64,000 nucleotides of DNA from Tubiluchus corallicola (taxonomy: Eukaryota; Animalia; Priapulida), in assembly GCA_030141605.1 (NCBI GenBank), contig JAQGDQ010000376.1:1-64000 (forward strand), given 5' to 3'. The position numbers and the translations under genes were made by a program. The notes under the pieces were generated by a model, which was given only the letters and a program-made list of their open reading frames with translations, was not told the origin of the DNA and did not search any database. Numbering within the stretch: the first letter of the stretch is position 1; every line of letters starts with the position of its first letter. This document shows, one piece after another, positions 12,052 to 23,376 of this stretch.

Positions 12052-12222
12052 GTATGTTAGTATTGTGTCTTGATGTAAACTTGTAAAACCAAAAATAATT
12101 TTATGTCATAATTCTTTTTATTTGTGATATAGCATTATTAGACTTGTCAAAATTGTGCAAAATTGGCAAAAGTATTCCTTCTGTGATTTAATGTTTGTGT
12201 AATCAAATGTTCATCACTAACC

Positions 12223-12345
12223 AAAGGGCAGCTGACTAGATGACCAATTGGTCTTTCGCTGCCCTTTCTTCACATTTTTGTTTTCAAATTAATTGTATTA
12301 TAACTGTGCGTGTGTTACAAGATAAATAAAAAGATTATTATTATT
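12223..12345 (+). mobile_element. CR1-type LINE/SINE 3' tail
   Basis: Hairpin AAAGGGCAGC...GCTGCCCTTT enclosing GACTAGATGACC..TGGTCTTT (CR1 3'-UTR-like), then AATAAA and an (ATT)n tail. Confidence 0.55.
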
Positions 12346-12737
12346 GTAGCTAATATTTTGTTTTGTTCTTGATAAGGTCAATTTCTGTTAAGGTAGTGTA
12401 TTGGTACCTCGGTCTCTCTCTTTCCCTCTCTTAATCCTTTGAAATTTATCATTAAATGTAGATCTGCATTTAAATAGAATACAATATTGTTGACGCAATG
12501 CCGCTTGCATTTCCTATAGAAACAATACTTAAGCATCAAAAAACTGTTTAGCTCTCGGACAGATTTTTTTTGAAAAATGAAGGCCCAGTGTTCACATTTC
12601 CGACCATGATGATCAAAATAATAAATATCTCGGCTGAGCATAGCTCAAAATCTAGCATGGGCACATGCATAGTATATATGTACATACCTTAACATAGGTG
12701 ATCTTAATTATGTACAACGTAAGTTCTTTTATTGCAG

Positions 12738-12842
12738 ATGAGCCATTCATCTTTCCTCAAGAGAAGAGAATTAAGTGATGGATTTTTTAAAAGGATGCTT
12801 GATAAGCTAGGTTTGCAAGCTCCAGGCGGAATTCGAAAATCG
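12738..12842 (+). CDS. UQCC1: UQCC1 exon
   Basis: ttgcag / tcg|gtaatg; MSHSSFLKRRELSDGFFKRMLDKLGLQAPGGIRKS resembles the human GAFTKIIEAMGFTGPLKYS segment. Confidence 0.75.
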
Positions 12843-14896
12843 GTAATGATCTTCTATGTCACATGTGAGAACAGAGACAGTAACTTACCACTCTTTGCCT
12901 TTTTAAAAACCTCAAGGAAAGAATGTTATGATAATTTTTGAAAATTACAAGAACCAGTAAATTAGGCCTAAAAATACTATGTTTGTTTCCAATTTGTTGC
13001 TGTTTTACACTATGGGGCAGGTAGGAATTTTAATTTATTTTCTATTCTTTTGTCATGTATGACCATGATGATGTGAATCAATCAGATTTTGATAGGAGTA
13101 GTATCATTTTAAGTGGAATTCAGCAAGCTTTCAGAATCTGCAATGAAACTTCAGATAGGTGGTGTCTGAATTTACATGAACTTTTGACCTTTGTTTTGAC
13201 CTTGAAAATGACCTTGTGGGACAGAATTTTTTGGACAGAGCCCGCCTTTTTAAATTCCTTGGTATCTGTAAAAAGATAAGGCATTTCTACGGGCATTTGA
13301 ATTTATCAATACAAGCCTAACTTGTGACGATATGCACATATCATAAAGTATGTGGTACCATATGTTTCATATGCATCCGTTCATTATTTGGTGTTGAGGA
13401 GTCACACATCTTTAAATTTTACAATCTTGTAGCATGCATTTTGTGTAATGTTCAAATTTGTTTTAGTGAAACATGGATAAGTGCAGTTTTTATTCAAAAG
13501 AAAGTTCATGTCATCATCTAACGTACACCCGGAAGATATCTTTGAGGAATGTTGAGACATTTAAGAACTGATGTCACACAAGCAATGAATGAAAGAATGT
13601 CACTTAGGAATTAATCGTTGTTACCACTGAAACATTTTCAGCAATTTGTGTTCAAGCTACTCTTATCACCAGACCATTTACTGTATCGCTCAATATGAGT
13701 GTGTCTTGGCTACTGTGTAAAATAATAAGTTTGTCAATATTGTATAATTTTGTTGTTTAATGATTTAATTTTTTACGCTTTTTAATTTTTTCTTTTTCTA
13801 CTATGTTTTTGTTAACAGGCCTAACTTACAAAATGAATTTGTACTAAATGTGGCTGTACTATAAATAGGCGAACTAAAATGACTTTTGCAATGCATAAGT
13901 TTTGAATCAATGTCTTGTGCATCTCAACATATTTTGCTTGTTAGACTTTACTATCAAGTGACTTGAAATGTGCTAGATATAAATTATGCCAAGTTCCAAA
14001 TTCACTGATAAATTAAATGCTTTGAAAGGTTCACTTTTACCTTCAGTGAAACTCAAAACTGCTAGTGTTTCATTAATAGTGAAAACGGTTAGTTTTCTTT
14101 TTCATGTAGCTTAAATAATGACAAAGATCTGTACTTTACAGATGCCTTTATCACAAGTAATCACTATCATATTGTTTCATTATAAGTCATACTATGCCAG
14201 CTGCTGGGGTATCATGTTACAAGTTTGGTCCTGGTCATGGGCGAGCACTAAACATTTTGTTTGCATTACAGAACCGGCTTTAAAATTTTATTTTGATAAA
14301 TGTAAAAAAGTTAATTGAGTCGTACCTACAGGGGCATATTTGTCAATAGGCTAACTAGGCTGTAGCCCAGGGCACTACATTTTCCTTGAAATTGTGTATA
14401 CTTTCATGTTTATATGAAGTGCGTATTTTATGTAAATCATGCCACAAGCAGTTACTGAGCCCAATTTTATATAAGTGCCGTATAACAAACAAGTAAATTT
14501 CTTACATAAAAAGTATTATACCACAAGGAGGTGTGTAGCCTGCTTAGATATAAAATTTGTGCAAATATATGTAATTAACAATAGCTACGTAGGTATTACA
14601 TAATTGTGCTACTAATACACAACAAGTAATATGCACTTCGCATTTAAGTAACCATAAATCCGTAATAGCGATGGGGGGACTGAACTATCAGACTACAACA
14701 TCGTAATGTCTTGATACTGCCCTGAGCACATAAAATGGTACAGTTGCAAATGTACCTTTTTTTGGTCTTAACTGGTATTATTAGTTTATATTGCCATAAA
14801 CTCTTAATTATTAAATTCCACTTTGTGGAATAACTTCTTCCTCTGTCAGATTTAGTCTGTATTTTTAGGCTGCCTTTATTACATTTTGTTTTTCAG

Positions 14897-14969
14897 AAAT
14901 TAATGCAAAGTGGTGCTCAACTTTATGAATGCTGTGTGGAACCAGTAGACCACATACTTTTCTTTAAGA
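14897..14969 (+). CDS. UQCC1: UQCC1 exon
   Basis: tttcag / a|gtaaat; KLMQSGAQLYECCVEPVDHILFFK, compared with human KIKIAALRMYTSCVEKTDFEEFFL. Confidence 0.87.
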
Positions 14970-15064
14970 GTAAATATTTTTTTAATTTCTTTGTGTTTTT
15001 AAGTACATACTTTTGTGCATGTTTGTTTTGCATTAATTTGATATCAGTTATACAATATATTAGT

Positions 15065-15190
15065 TACTGATCTATTTTTGTTCACTGAAGCAATATTCAA
15101 TAATATTTGACAATATTAGTAGTGTAATACTGATCTATTTTTGTTCACTGAAGCAATATTCAATAATATTTGACAATATTAGTAGTGTAA
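15065..15190. repeat. Exact tandem duplication, 2 x 63 bp
   Basis: tactgatctatttttg...agtagtgtaa repeated at 15065 and 15128. Confidence 0.95.
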
Positions 15191-15470
15191 ATGAATAATA
15201 TTTACATTGACAATTATTGTCAAAACAAGATTTTGTCAGTAATTGCTGAAAATAGGCATTATAGTAATTAAATTGCATATTAAATTTACTATTACGCAGC
15301 TAAACTATTCAAGATCTTGCACACATTTTTGTAAATAATTGCAGAAAGTTTATATAATAGCTATATAGTTTTATGTATTTGTCTTACAGAATTGCACTTC
15401 CAAACAATTAAGAACATTATAAATAGAAAAACTAGCTTTAGTGGCTTACCAATTAATTGAATCTATTTAG

Positions 15471-15637
15471 AATGTGACTTGCCAGATACATATAACTCAT
15501 GGTTTGTAATAACGGAACTTCATGTCTGGATGTGCATGGTACGACTAATGAGGGAGGGCAAGGAGGGAAAAACTGTAAGAAACTCTATAGTGGAGTTATT
15601 ATGGCTCGACGTGGACAAACGAAGCCGGCAGATAACG
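15471..15637 (+). CDS. UQCC1: UQCC1 exon (ubiquinol-cytochrome c chaperone / CBP3 domain)
   Basis: tttag / acg|gttagt; CDLPDTYNSWFVITELHVWMCMVRLMREGKEGKTVRNSIVELLWLDVDKRSRQIT, carrying the CBP3 signature PDTFxSWFxxTxLHVWM. Confidence 0.95.
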
Positions 15638-15729
15638 GTTAGTATTTGTAAAGTATCTGTATTACACTGTTTTTTTCAATTCTGCACAAGCAATTTAGCA
15701 GCAAAATATTTAAGAATTTTTCACTGATT

Positions 15730-16080
15730 TTCCGAAAATAATCCTCCATTGTTCTAATATGGACTTTGCTTTGACTTGTTCATAGATACTTTAACTGGTT
15801 CTTTTTTTTGGCTTCCATAAACTTGTTAAAAAAAGCAACTTTCTTCTTCTGCTGAGATTTTCATTGGTGAATGTTTGCTGTAGACCTAATCTTACATTTC
15901 TAGCAGGAATACAATGGGAGACACTTGCATCCTCACGAGTCATATGTACACCTAATTTGTTAGCTATACATAGAACAGTATCAGTTGTATTTTTGTTTTG
16001 AGAAGTGGGTATCCCAGCAGTCAATAGATTGTTTCATCTCAAATACTGTTCAGGTTCATCCATTTTTGCTTTCTTCTTAG
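15730..16080 (-). mobile_element. LINE ORF1-like / FP25K-like remnant
   Basis: Minus strand reads MDEPEQYLR*NNLLTAGIP..NTTDTVLCIANKLGV..DASVSH...NENLSRRRKLLF...KYL*TSQSKVHIR, matching the EQYSRRNNL.I.GIP / INENLT / KYLWT pattern; stops and an internal deletion. Confidence 0.65.
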
Positions 16081-16222
16081 TCAGTTTTGTTTATAGAACT
16101 TTCATATTCCCATACTCTATCAGCTGAGATACCAGTCAACATGACAGAGCAGGCCTAAGGTTTCCTTCTTGTAGCTCAAAATTCAATAGTGCCACCTGTA
16201 CCCATGACATTAGGGGGATACT

Positions 16223-16510
16223 TATGGTATCAATTCTTTACCAAATTAGCTGGCAACTAACAAAATCATTAATTAATTATGACTGTGATTATCAGAATTT
16301 TTTAAAGTATTGTGCTTTATTTTACCAATTATTACCCACTGCGGGTAACGAGTTGGAGAAACTCCCTACCCTTTTCCAACACATTACCCTCAATGGGTAA
16401 TAATTGGTAAAATAAAGCGCAATTGCCTATAAAAATTCTGGCAATCACATTCATAATTAATTAATGGTATCGTTAGTTGCCAGCTGATGTTGGAAAGTAT
16501 TGATGCCATA
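16223..16510. mobile_element. Near-complete palindromic (foldback) MITE
   Basis: Arms of about 138 bp (16223-16360 / 16371-16510) with a loop of about 10 nt; e.g. agctggcaactaac vs gttagttgccagct and ctttattttaccaattattaccca vs tgggtaataattggtaaaataaag. Confidence 0.88.
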
Positions 16511-16559
16511 GTTTTGAGATTTTGTCACTTTGTGCTTAGAAAGTGACAAAATTCAGCTA

Positions 16560-16960
16560 AATTTGTGTCGGAGATTTAAAAATTTACTTCTGCACTATTT
16601 GTCGACCGTAGCACCCCGGTATGATCATGTGTTGGCCAATAGCAAACTCCATATAAAGAGATGTTTTCTGTGTTTATTTACATTTCCTGCCCTCTGAGTT
16701 GAGGTGTATTGCAAGAGGTGGTTCTCTGGTATGTCCAGGTGCACGTTGTTCAATCCTATTCTCAAACCTTTGGGTAGTTCTGATAATGTGCCCTTCATCA
16801 TATGGGCATTTGTACTGGTAAACTATGCAACTGTTAGACAAAACTAGTAAACTATCCTTGATACAGAAGAGGAGTATATGTAGTGAAGGTGCACCACACA
16901 AAAAGACCGTAAATGTGTAATTCCGTATTATTTGAAACTTTATGTCAACGGGGCACTACA
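16560..16960 (-). mobile_element. Penelope-like element remnant (GIY-YIG endonuclease region)
   Basis: KDSLLVLSNSCIVYQYKCPYDEGHIIRTTQRFENRIEQR and downstream AIGQHM, matching the PLE pattern S.VVY.F.C.C...YIG.T...L..R..EH...SAI..H. Confidence 0.7.
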
Positions 16961-17151
16961 AAACAGTTAAAAAACCATTATTATTAGTTTTATAGACCCA
17001 GACAAACCCACATGATTGTAGCGCTCATATGTAGTAATTAAATTTTGTTTCATTCCTGGTTTTTCTGAAATGCTGAGTAATAACTTTTTTACTTATAGGT
17101 TATCATTACATCTTATTTTATGTTTGGTTTCTAACATACAGTATTTTGCAG

Positions 17152-17226
17152 ACACACCTTGATCGCAGTGCTCACATACAGTCATTACATGAACATTTTC
17201 AAGCTTCTTTGTTTGGTTATGATGAG
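17152..17226 (+). CDS. UQCC1: UQCC1 exon
   Basis: ttttgcag / gag|gtaaat; THLDRSAHIQSLHEHFQASLFGYDE, containing the conserved GYDE. Confidence 0.9.
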
Positions 17227-17395
17227 GTAAATTAATAAATAATTCACAGGATTGGTTATTTCTGTATAAAGTGAGAAAGTGGACACATTTTTAACTTTTG
17301 CCTAACTTGTAAATACCCAGGTGGCTGTCAAAAGTTTTTCACATGTACGGTATTTCAGAATTACAAAAAGGTAGGTCTATGTAGATATCATCAAC

Positions 17396-17959
17396 CTCTT
17401 CTCTTCTCTTCTCCTCTCTTTTCTTCTCTTCTCTTCTCTTCTCTTCTCTTCTCTTCTCTTCTCTTCTCTTCTCTTCTCTTCTCTTCTCTTCTCTTCTCTT
17501 CTCTTCTCTTCTCTTCTCTTCTCTTCTCTTCTCTTCTCTTCTCTTCTCTTCTCTTCTCTTCTCTTCTCTTCTCTCTTCTCTCTCTCTTCTCTTCTCTTCT
17601 CTTCTCTTCTCTTCTCTTCTCTTCTCTTCTCTTCTCTTCTCTTCTCCTCTCTCTCTCCCTCCCCTCCTCTCTCCCCCTCCCCCTCCCCTCCCTCCCCTCC
17701 CCCTCCCCTCCCCTCCCCTCCCTCCCTCCCCCTCCCCTCCCTCCCCTCCCCTCCCCTCTCCCTCTCCTCTCCCTCTCCCTCTCCTCTCCTCTCCTCTCCT
17801 CTCCTCTCCTCTCCCTCTCTCTCCTCTCTCTCCCTCTCCTCTCCTCTCCTCTCCTCTCCTCTCCTCTCCTCTCCTCTCCTCTCCTCTCCTCTCCTCTCCT
17901 CTCTCCTCTCCCCTCACCCCTCTACTCTCTCCTCTCCTCTCCTCTCCTCTCCCTCTCCT
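17396..17959. repeat. Compound polypyrimidine microsatellite (CTTCT)n / (CCCT)n / (CTCCT)n
   Basis: Directly visible; about 560 bp, almost purine-free on the + strand. Confidence 0.98.
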
Positions 17960-19289
17960 GTTCCATTTCTTTTTGAGGCAGCCTTTAATTTATGCAGCTG
18001 TATTGTTATTTTTTATGTCTCCTCAGCCACACGGCTTTACTATTTGTGATTTACAGTCTTAGATGTTACAGAAAACCCAATCTGTATGTGTTTCTGTTGT
18101 TGGCGAAATAAATAAATTTTGAATCTTAAATCTTACAGATGAATAACAGCTACATGAAAATAAACAGTTTGTAGGCCTGTTATTTCCCATCATTTATAGA
18201 GGCAAAAAACATAACCAGTAGTTTTTATGATTGCACTATTAGTTTGGTTGGATTTAGCATACAACAGTAGGTCATTATTACGTGTACCCAACATTAATGT
18301 AATTGAGTAGCTAGAAATAAATTAAATAACTATATGGCAAAATGACTGTTTTTCGCCTCTATAAGGTATGTACAGTCTTTTTTCACAGGTATATAAAAGA
18401 CCTGTAAATGCTGCAAAAGGATACCAAGTTTTGTTCACAGTTCTTTCGCAAGTTCACTTTATCTTGAAAAGTATTTTGCAGCATTTAAAATATTTGAAGC
18501 TTTGTTCTTTGTTTTACCACCTGAAAACCTTTTTGTGAGCTGTGTAATTATTGTGGAGTAGCAACTTTAAATATGCCTGACTCATTCATATTTAGAAAAA
18601 TCCATCAATTTGGATGCTGCGTGGTGCTGCCATCTGGTAATACAAAAATAGAAAATGAAAATGAAAGAAATACAAAAATAGTTTGCACTGCCTTTAATAT
18701 AATGGTAAAGAAACCACAATTTTGTTTAATGTTGTTTTCGTATATTTGTGCTTCCCTTCCCACCAGCACCCTTCAACAAAAATAGTTTGCTAACGTTTCT
18801 GTTGCCTGAGTAAATTTATGCGCCTGTGAACACATAAGCGAACAGTATGGGGAAATACATTTCCATAAATGGCTTCACATAATGCTTGCCAAGTGAGGTG
18901 TCTGAACCAAGAAAAATGTGCTAAAGCAGTGATTTACTGATCTGACATAGTTTATAATTTTATTGTATGGTAGGCAAATTGGGCAAATTTTTAGATAATT
19001 TTCTTTAAAAATTTCATAAATGAGACACTGAGTATGTTACACTTTCATATTAAATGCCAAGGTAGAACTGTATTTCCTCAAGTAGAGCAAAGTGACATGA
19101 GTTAAAAAATGTGAAGCAATTAAAAGCTTGTGTTGGTTCTTTCTTAATAATGAACATGACAATGCTGAGCATAATTATAGTACATTAGTGTTGTCACTAG
19201 CACTGTTTGTTGATTGGTTTTGCCTTCTACTAAAATTATTATTCAACTGATTGATACTAGTGTACGTTTTTAGGTCCATTTAATTTCAG

Positions 19290-19403
19290 GGCATTATGGG
19301 TAACGACAAAGAGTTAGCAGGTGCCATCTGGAGGCATTTTTATGAGATGCACCAGGATGATGCAACCAAAATTAACCTCTTAGTTAAATTTGTACGAAAA
19401 AAT
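19290..19403 (+). CDS. UQCC1: UQCC1 exon
   Basis: tttcag / aat|gtgagt; GIMGNDKELAGAIWRHFYEMHQDDATKINLLVKFVRKN, compared with human GILSDDHGLAAALWRTFF...LLVEYVRKQ. Confidence 0.93.
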
Positions 19404-20740
19404 GTGAGTATATGTGAAACAACTCTTAACTCATTTTAGCATGAAGTTTTGCATAAAGCATAACTTCTATACCTACACTCACATACAGGGAGATGTTTTC
19501 ACATGAAGTTTTTAACTGTAAAAATTTTAAGTAGCGATGTTTACTAAATAAGGTTGCAGCCTTGTGGGCCTGTATAGAGAAATATTAACTAATGAGGCTA
19601 TTTGTGATGGAATTTTCTGTTACAGTTTTTGATACAAAGTGTACCTAATTTGTGACCTTCCAAAATACAGAGTTTTAATTGATACTGTCATGAAGATATT
19701 TTTGCTCAAAGGGATACTAGGTAGTCTTGATAGTGTTCAGTGATCACAGTTAAGCAACACTGGCCTGTTTGGCAGATGGATGGTCGAAGCCAAAAACTGT
19801 TTCTGGGCACTTTCATCTCTTTGTACCACCAGGTGTTGTTAAAATATGTCTGTTGGTTCAGTATCACATCCTCAAAAAGAAAATGAGAGAGTTTATTATT
19901 GTCCATATTTTCTGAACTTTGGAGGCCCTTCGAGGCATTTTGCAACTAAATTTGAAAATTTATGAGATAATCGACGAAGTTCCGTCTTTTGAAATATTAA
20001 TTGACTCTTTGAATACCACAGCTTGTTATTAAGTTACTCAGTTATTAAATTTAAATTCATTAAGTTAAGTGTTGAATGGAGCATTCTGTTAAAAGTTTCA
20101 TGCAAATAGCACGTGCGTGGTACAACAACATTCGTCTTAGGCATAAAAGTGGACTGCTGAATGTGTCCTAATGTGCAATGCGCAGCAGGCTTTCGTGAAA
20201 TTAAAAGTATAAGAGAGAAAATGGTTAGAATTGCACTAGTTGCATATTTTGTACGAATGTTTTGCTGGCTGTGAGAACTATTTACGTTAAAACGAAGAGA
20301 CTCACTGATCTTCAGGCCAATTTGTTGGACTGGGAAGGTATTCGGCCTCTGAGAAGGGCCTCTTCAGAAAGCTCTCCTAGATTTTCCAGTGACTTTAGCA
20401 GCATCCTCACATGACTGCAAGTTTTAGTGTGAACTTTGAAAGCAATACTGCCACATTAAATGCAAAAGTGCTTTGTTACCTTTCATGTCTAATGGGGAAA
20501 GTAGAAAATATTCTGTACTAACTTTAGTTTTTATAATAGTATAATAGCAGTCATGTACTCATAAACACTGAAACAGCCATAAATATCATGTCACTCACAT
20601 TTGTGGCTGGTTTGGTGTATGAGTATAATAAGGCCGAGATTTTCCTGTGACAAGTCTATAGTTCATTAGTGCAGTTACTGTCGGTTTTTTATTTGTTTGT
20701 TTTTTGCTTTTTTATTTAAATTGTTTACTTGTTTTTTCAG

Positions 20741-20818
20741 GTGCATCATTTACATCTTATTGACAGTCACAGATTGCTCGCAGTAGGCAAGATTGACTGG
20801 TTGCCATTGGCTGACTAG
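20741..20818 (+). CDS. UQCC1: UQCC1 terminal coding exon
   Basis: Long polypyrimidine tract + cag; VHHLHLIDSHRLLAVGKIDWLPLAD-TAG, compared with human IQYLDSMNGEDLLLTGEVSWRPL. Confidence 0.9.
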   Translation: MHHLHLIDSHRLLAVGKIDWLPLAD

Positions 20819-22894
20819 GATTTGTTATTGATCAGCAATTGTAGTAATTACAAAAGCGTGGCACATAGATTAATATTTTCATTGTTATGTAAATTATGTT
20901 CATATAAATTTGTTTTGCTGGTTAAGTGAGAGGCGGCCCACCTACTTTTCTGTCACAGACTATATAGGCCTTTTTCTTTGTTTGTAGCACATCATCGAAA
21001 ATACTGTGATGACATGTTTGGTGAACTTATAGGTACTTTCATTGCTTTGGCAAAGCATGCTGACAAATTTTAGAAAGTTTAGCTACGCTTTGCTCTTAAT
21101 TGTGTAATCTTGGTAATATCTATAACATATTGTGGTTGTTCTCTTTTGTATAATTAATTGCTGTATTGTTATTTTTGTACCACGATATACTAAGAAGTTT
21201 CTGTTTTGCTTAAAAATGAGTTTACTTTTATTTATTATTGTTTGTGGCTTTGACGGATGCACTTTGCAGGCCAACATGTAGTTGCAGGGCAGTCGTTTCT
21301 TGATATTTCAGATATATGTTTGAGGAGACAGGAGGCAAGTTGAGTGTAGCAGTTTGGTTAATTAGATAGCTATTAAGAAGATGACCATTTTGAATTTTAA
21401 TGCAGCACAGATTGTTGAAATTACATCATAAATTTATGTATTTTATGTTTTGGGATTGAGTTATTATTTTGATGTTTTAATTTTACAAACGCTTACATGT
21501 TGGTAACAGAAATTTGAAAGTAAAATAGAATTTTCTGATTTATGAATGTGAAAATCTGAAATTTCATAATTCTTGCAGCAATGTGGAAGAAAAACCATTC
21601 CATTTTATTTCTACAATTAGTATGTCTTCCATTGGGTATTTTACTGCAGAGTGTTACTAGTTGGGATTGTGACAACTGCTGTACCATAACAAAACAACGT
21701 ACTGTATTATAGATAACCATAGTACTGACATGTATTACATTGCTTATATAGTTATACTTCAATGACGCATGGGTCGCCCGCTACTGCTAGGCAAAGTAAA
21801 CATAATCGAAGACTTCTGTTTTGAATGTTAGATGAGAGCTGGTTTGCTTTATTCCTCGCATTTCGTTTATTTTGTGTTACAAGCTCTGGCTTTATTTGTA
21901 AACGCAGCTTCTCAGTGCGGGTCTACGCAGATTCAGTTGGTACAGGAACGCTGTGTCAAATTTTCGAGGCGCGAAAGTAACGAAACTTAATTATTAATCA
22001 GTGTGATTTAAACATTGTGGTGTGTTAAATAAGTGAAATATTTGAGGAGCTGCATACCGTGATAGTTTCATGTATAGCATTGGTCACTTAGCAGACGCGA
22101 GGTGTCGGTGAGTACTGCGAGACTAACAGTGTATGCCCTACTATCCTAGTTCATTGTAATTACATGTGTTCAGGGCTAGTCTAAGTGAATAATTGTCCTT
22201 GAGTACTTTTAAACCAGGGTTTCAAAGACAGAAAATTATCTAAGCCCAACCAGCGCCAAAAATTCAGAGACTGGTCGCAAATCATTCGTGCGAAGTCCTA
22301 AATAAATTCGCGCGATCGATTTTCTGCCACTTTTTTGCGATTTTCGGACTTTTTCGAGAGAATGTCACACAAAGTTTGCACGACGGTTTTTTGCGTCATT
22401 TTTTCAGCAGTTTAGTTACTAATGTGACTTTAGTCGACAAATTAAGGCGAATGTTGCAGGACATTCGCGCGCGACCATTTTACAAAATTTTCGCGGAAAA
22501 CTGGTGCGAGACAATCGAAATTCTCCAAAACTTTAGCCAAAATGTTGGTAAATAGACGCAATGTCGTCGTAGTGTTCTCAAAGACATCTCGAAATGATCG
22601 CTAAATTTTGCAGGTTTTGAAATCATTCTTGACGAACGTCATAGTTGGCGCCGTATTTGCGCAGATTTGGGTTATGTTCAGGCAACTTTACATCAGTTTG
22701 GAAAAGTTTTTGCGAGGTGGCGAGTTTTAGACTCCGGCGACAAACTTTAAAGGAAAAGGAAGGAATATTTAGCATGTTGGGTTTATTTTACTGATGTCAC
22801 ATAAACTCAGAAAAATGTAACAAAGAAATTTGCAAAAGCGTCTATGAAGCATAAAGTGAAGCACTGTAAAGAAATTTTCAGGCGCTGTGTTAAC

Positions 22895-23080
22895 TGCAAT
22901 GTAAGCTATAGTTAAGATCAGAGAACCATAGATAACCATTATTCACAATTAAGTAGGATTGACTTGATATTGGTACTATGCTGTGCACTCCTTAGCAGAA
23001 AATGGATAAACGCTTTTCTATAAATGTACAATAAGTTAATCCAGTTTAAACTTTGTTTACTTTGTGCATCGTACAAAAGA
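22895..23080 (+). repeat. 5' LTR
   Basis: Aligns end to end with 27225-27412 (about 85% identity by manual count); begins TG, ends AAAAGA; contains CTATAAAT. Confidence 0.9.
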
Positions 23081-23091
23081 TGGTGACAGCG
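23081..23091 (+). other. Primer-binding site (tRNA-Leu-like)
   Basis: TGGTGACAGCG directly after the 5' LTR; one mismatch from TGGTGGCAGCG, the complement of a eukaryotic tRNA-Leu(AAG) 3' end as recalled. Confidence 0.6.
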
Positions 23092-23376
23092 CAAATTGGG
23101 ACATTCAAGGAAAAAGCTACCATAACTATTTTTCGCATTAAGCAGAATTAGTGCAGTAGAATCATGAATGCTCGTCTGCAGTCAGCGTGGGTAGGACACG
23201 GGATATTTGCTCTATGGTAAGACAACTGCCAACAAAGCAAATGAATTATCAAGAAGCACTTCAAAGTGATAACTTCGGTCACAGTGCATTGTTTACTACT
23301 GACTACAGTAGAAAGTAGTTACCTCAAGTATTATCGCCAGGATAATATTGAGTCGTCTTCATTATGACATCGCAGT

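Noticed and set aside
13064-13169. C/D-box snoRNA candidate (ATGATGA...CTGA) in a UQCC1 intron
   Set aside because: No terminal stem and no recognisable rRNA-antisense element
14329-14724. hAT-like MITE (CAGGGGC...GCCCTG)
   Set aside because: No 8-bp TSD and only a minimal TIR match
17339-17917. 192-aa R/G/E-rich ORF on the minus strand
   Set aside because: Translation of the pyrimidine microsatellite
18620-18640. CTCF-like CAGATGGCAG motifs (also near 9418 and 52550)
   Set aside because: Short partial matches are expected by chance in 64 kb
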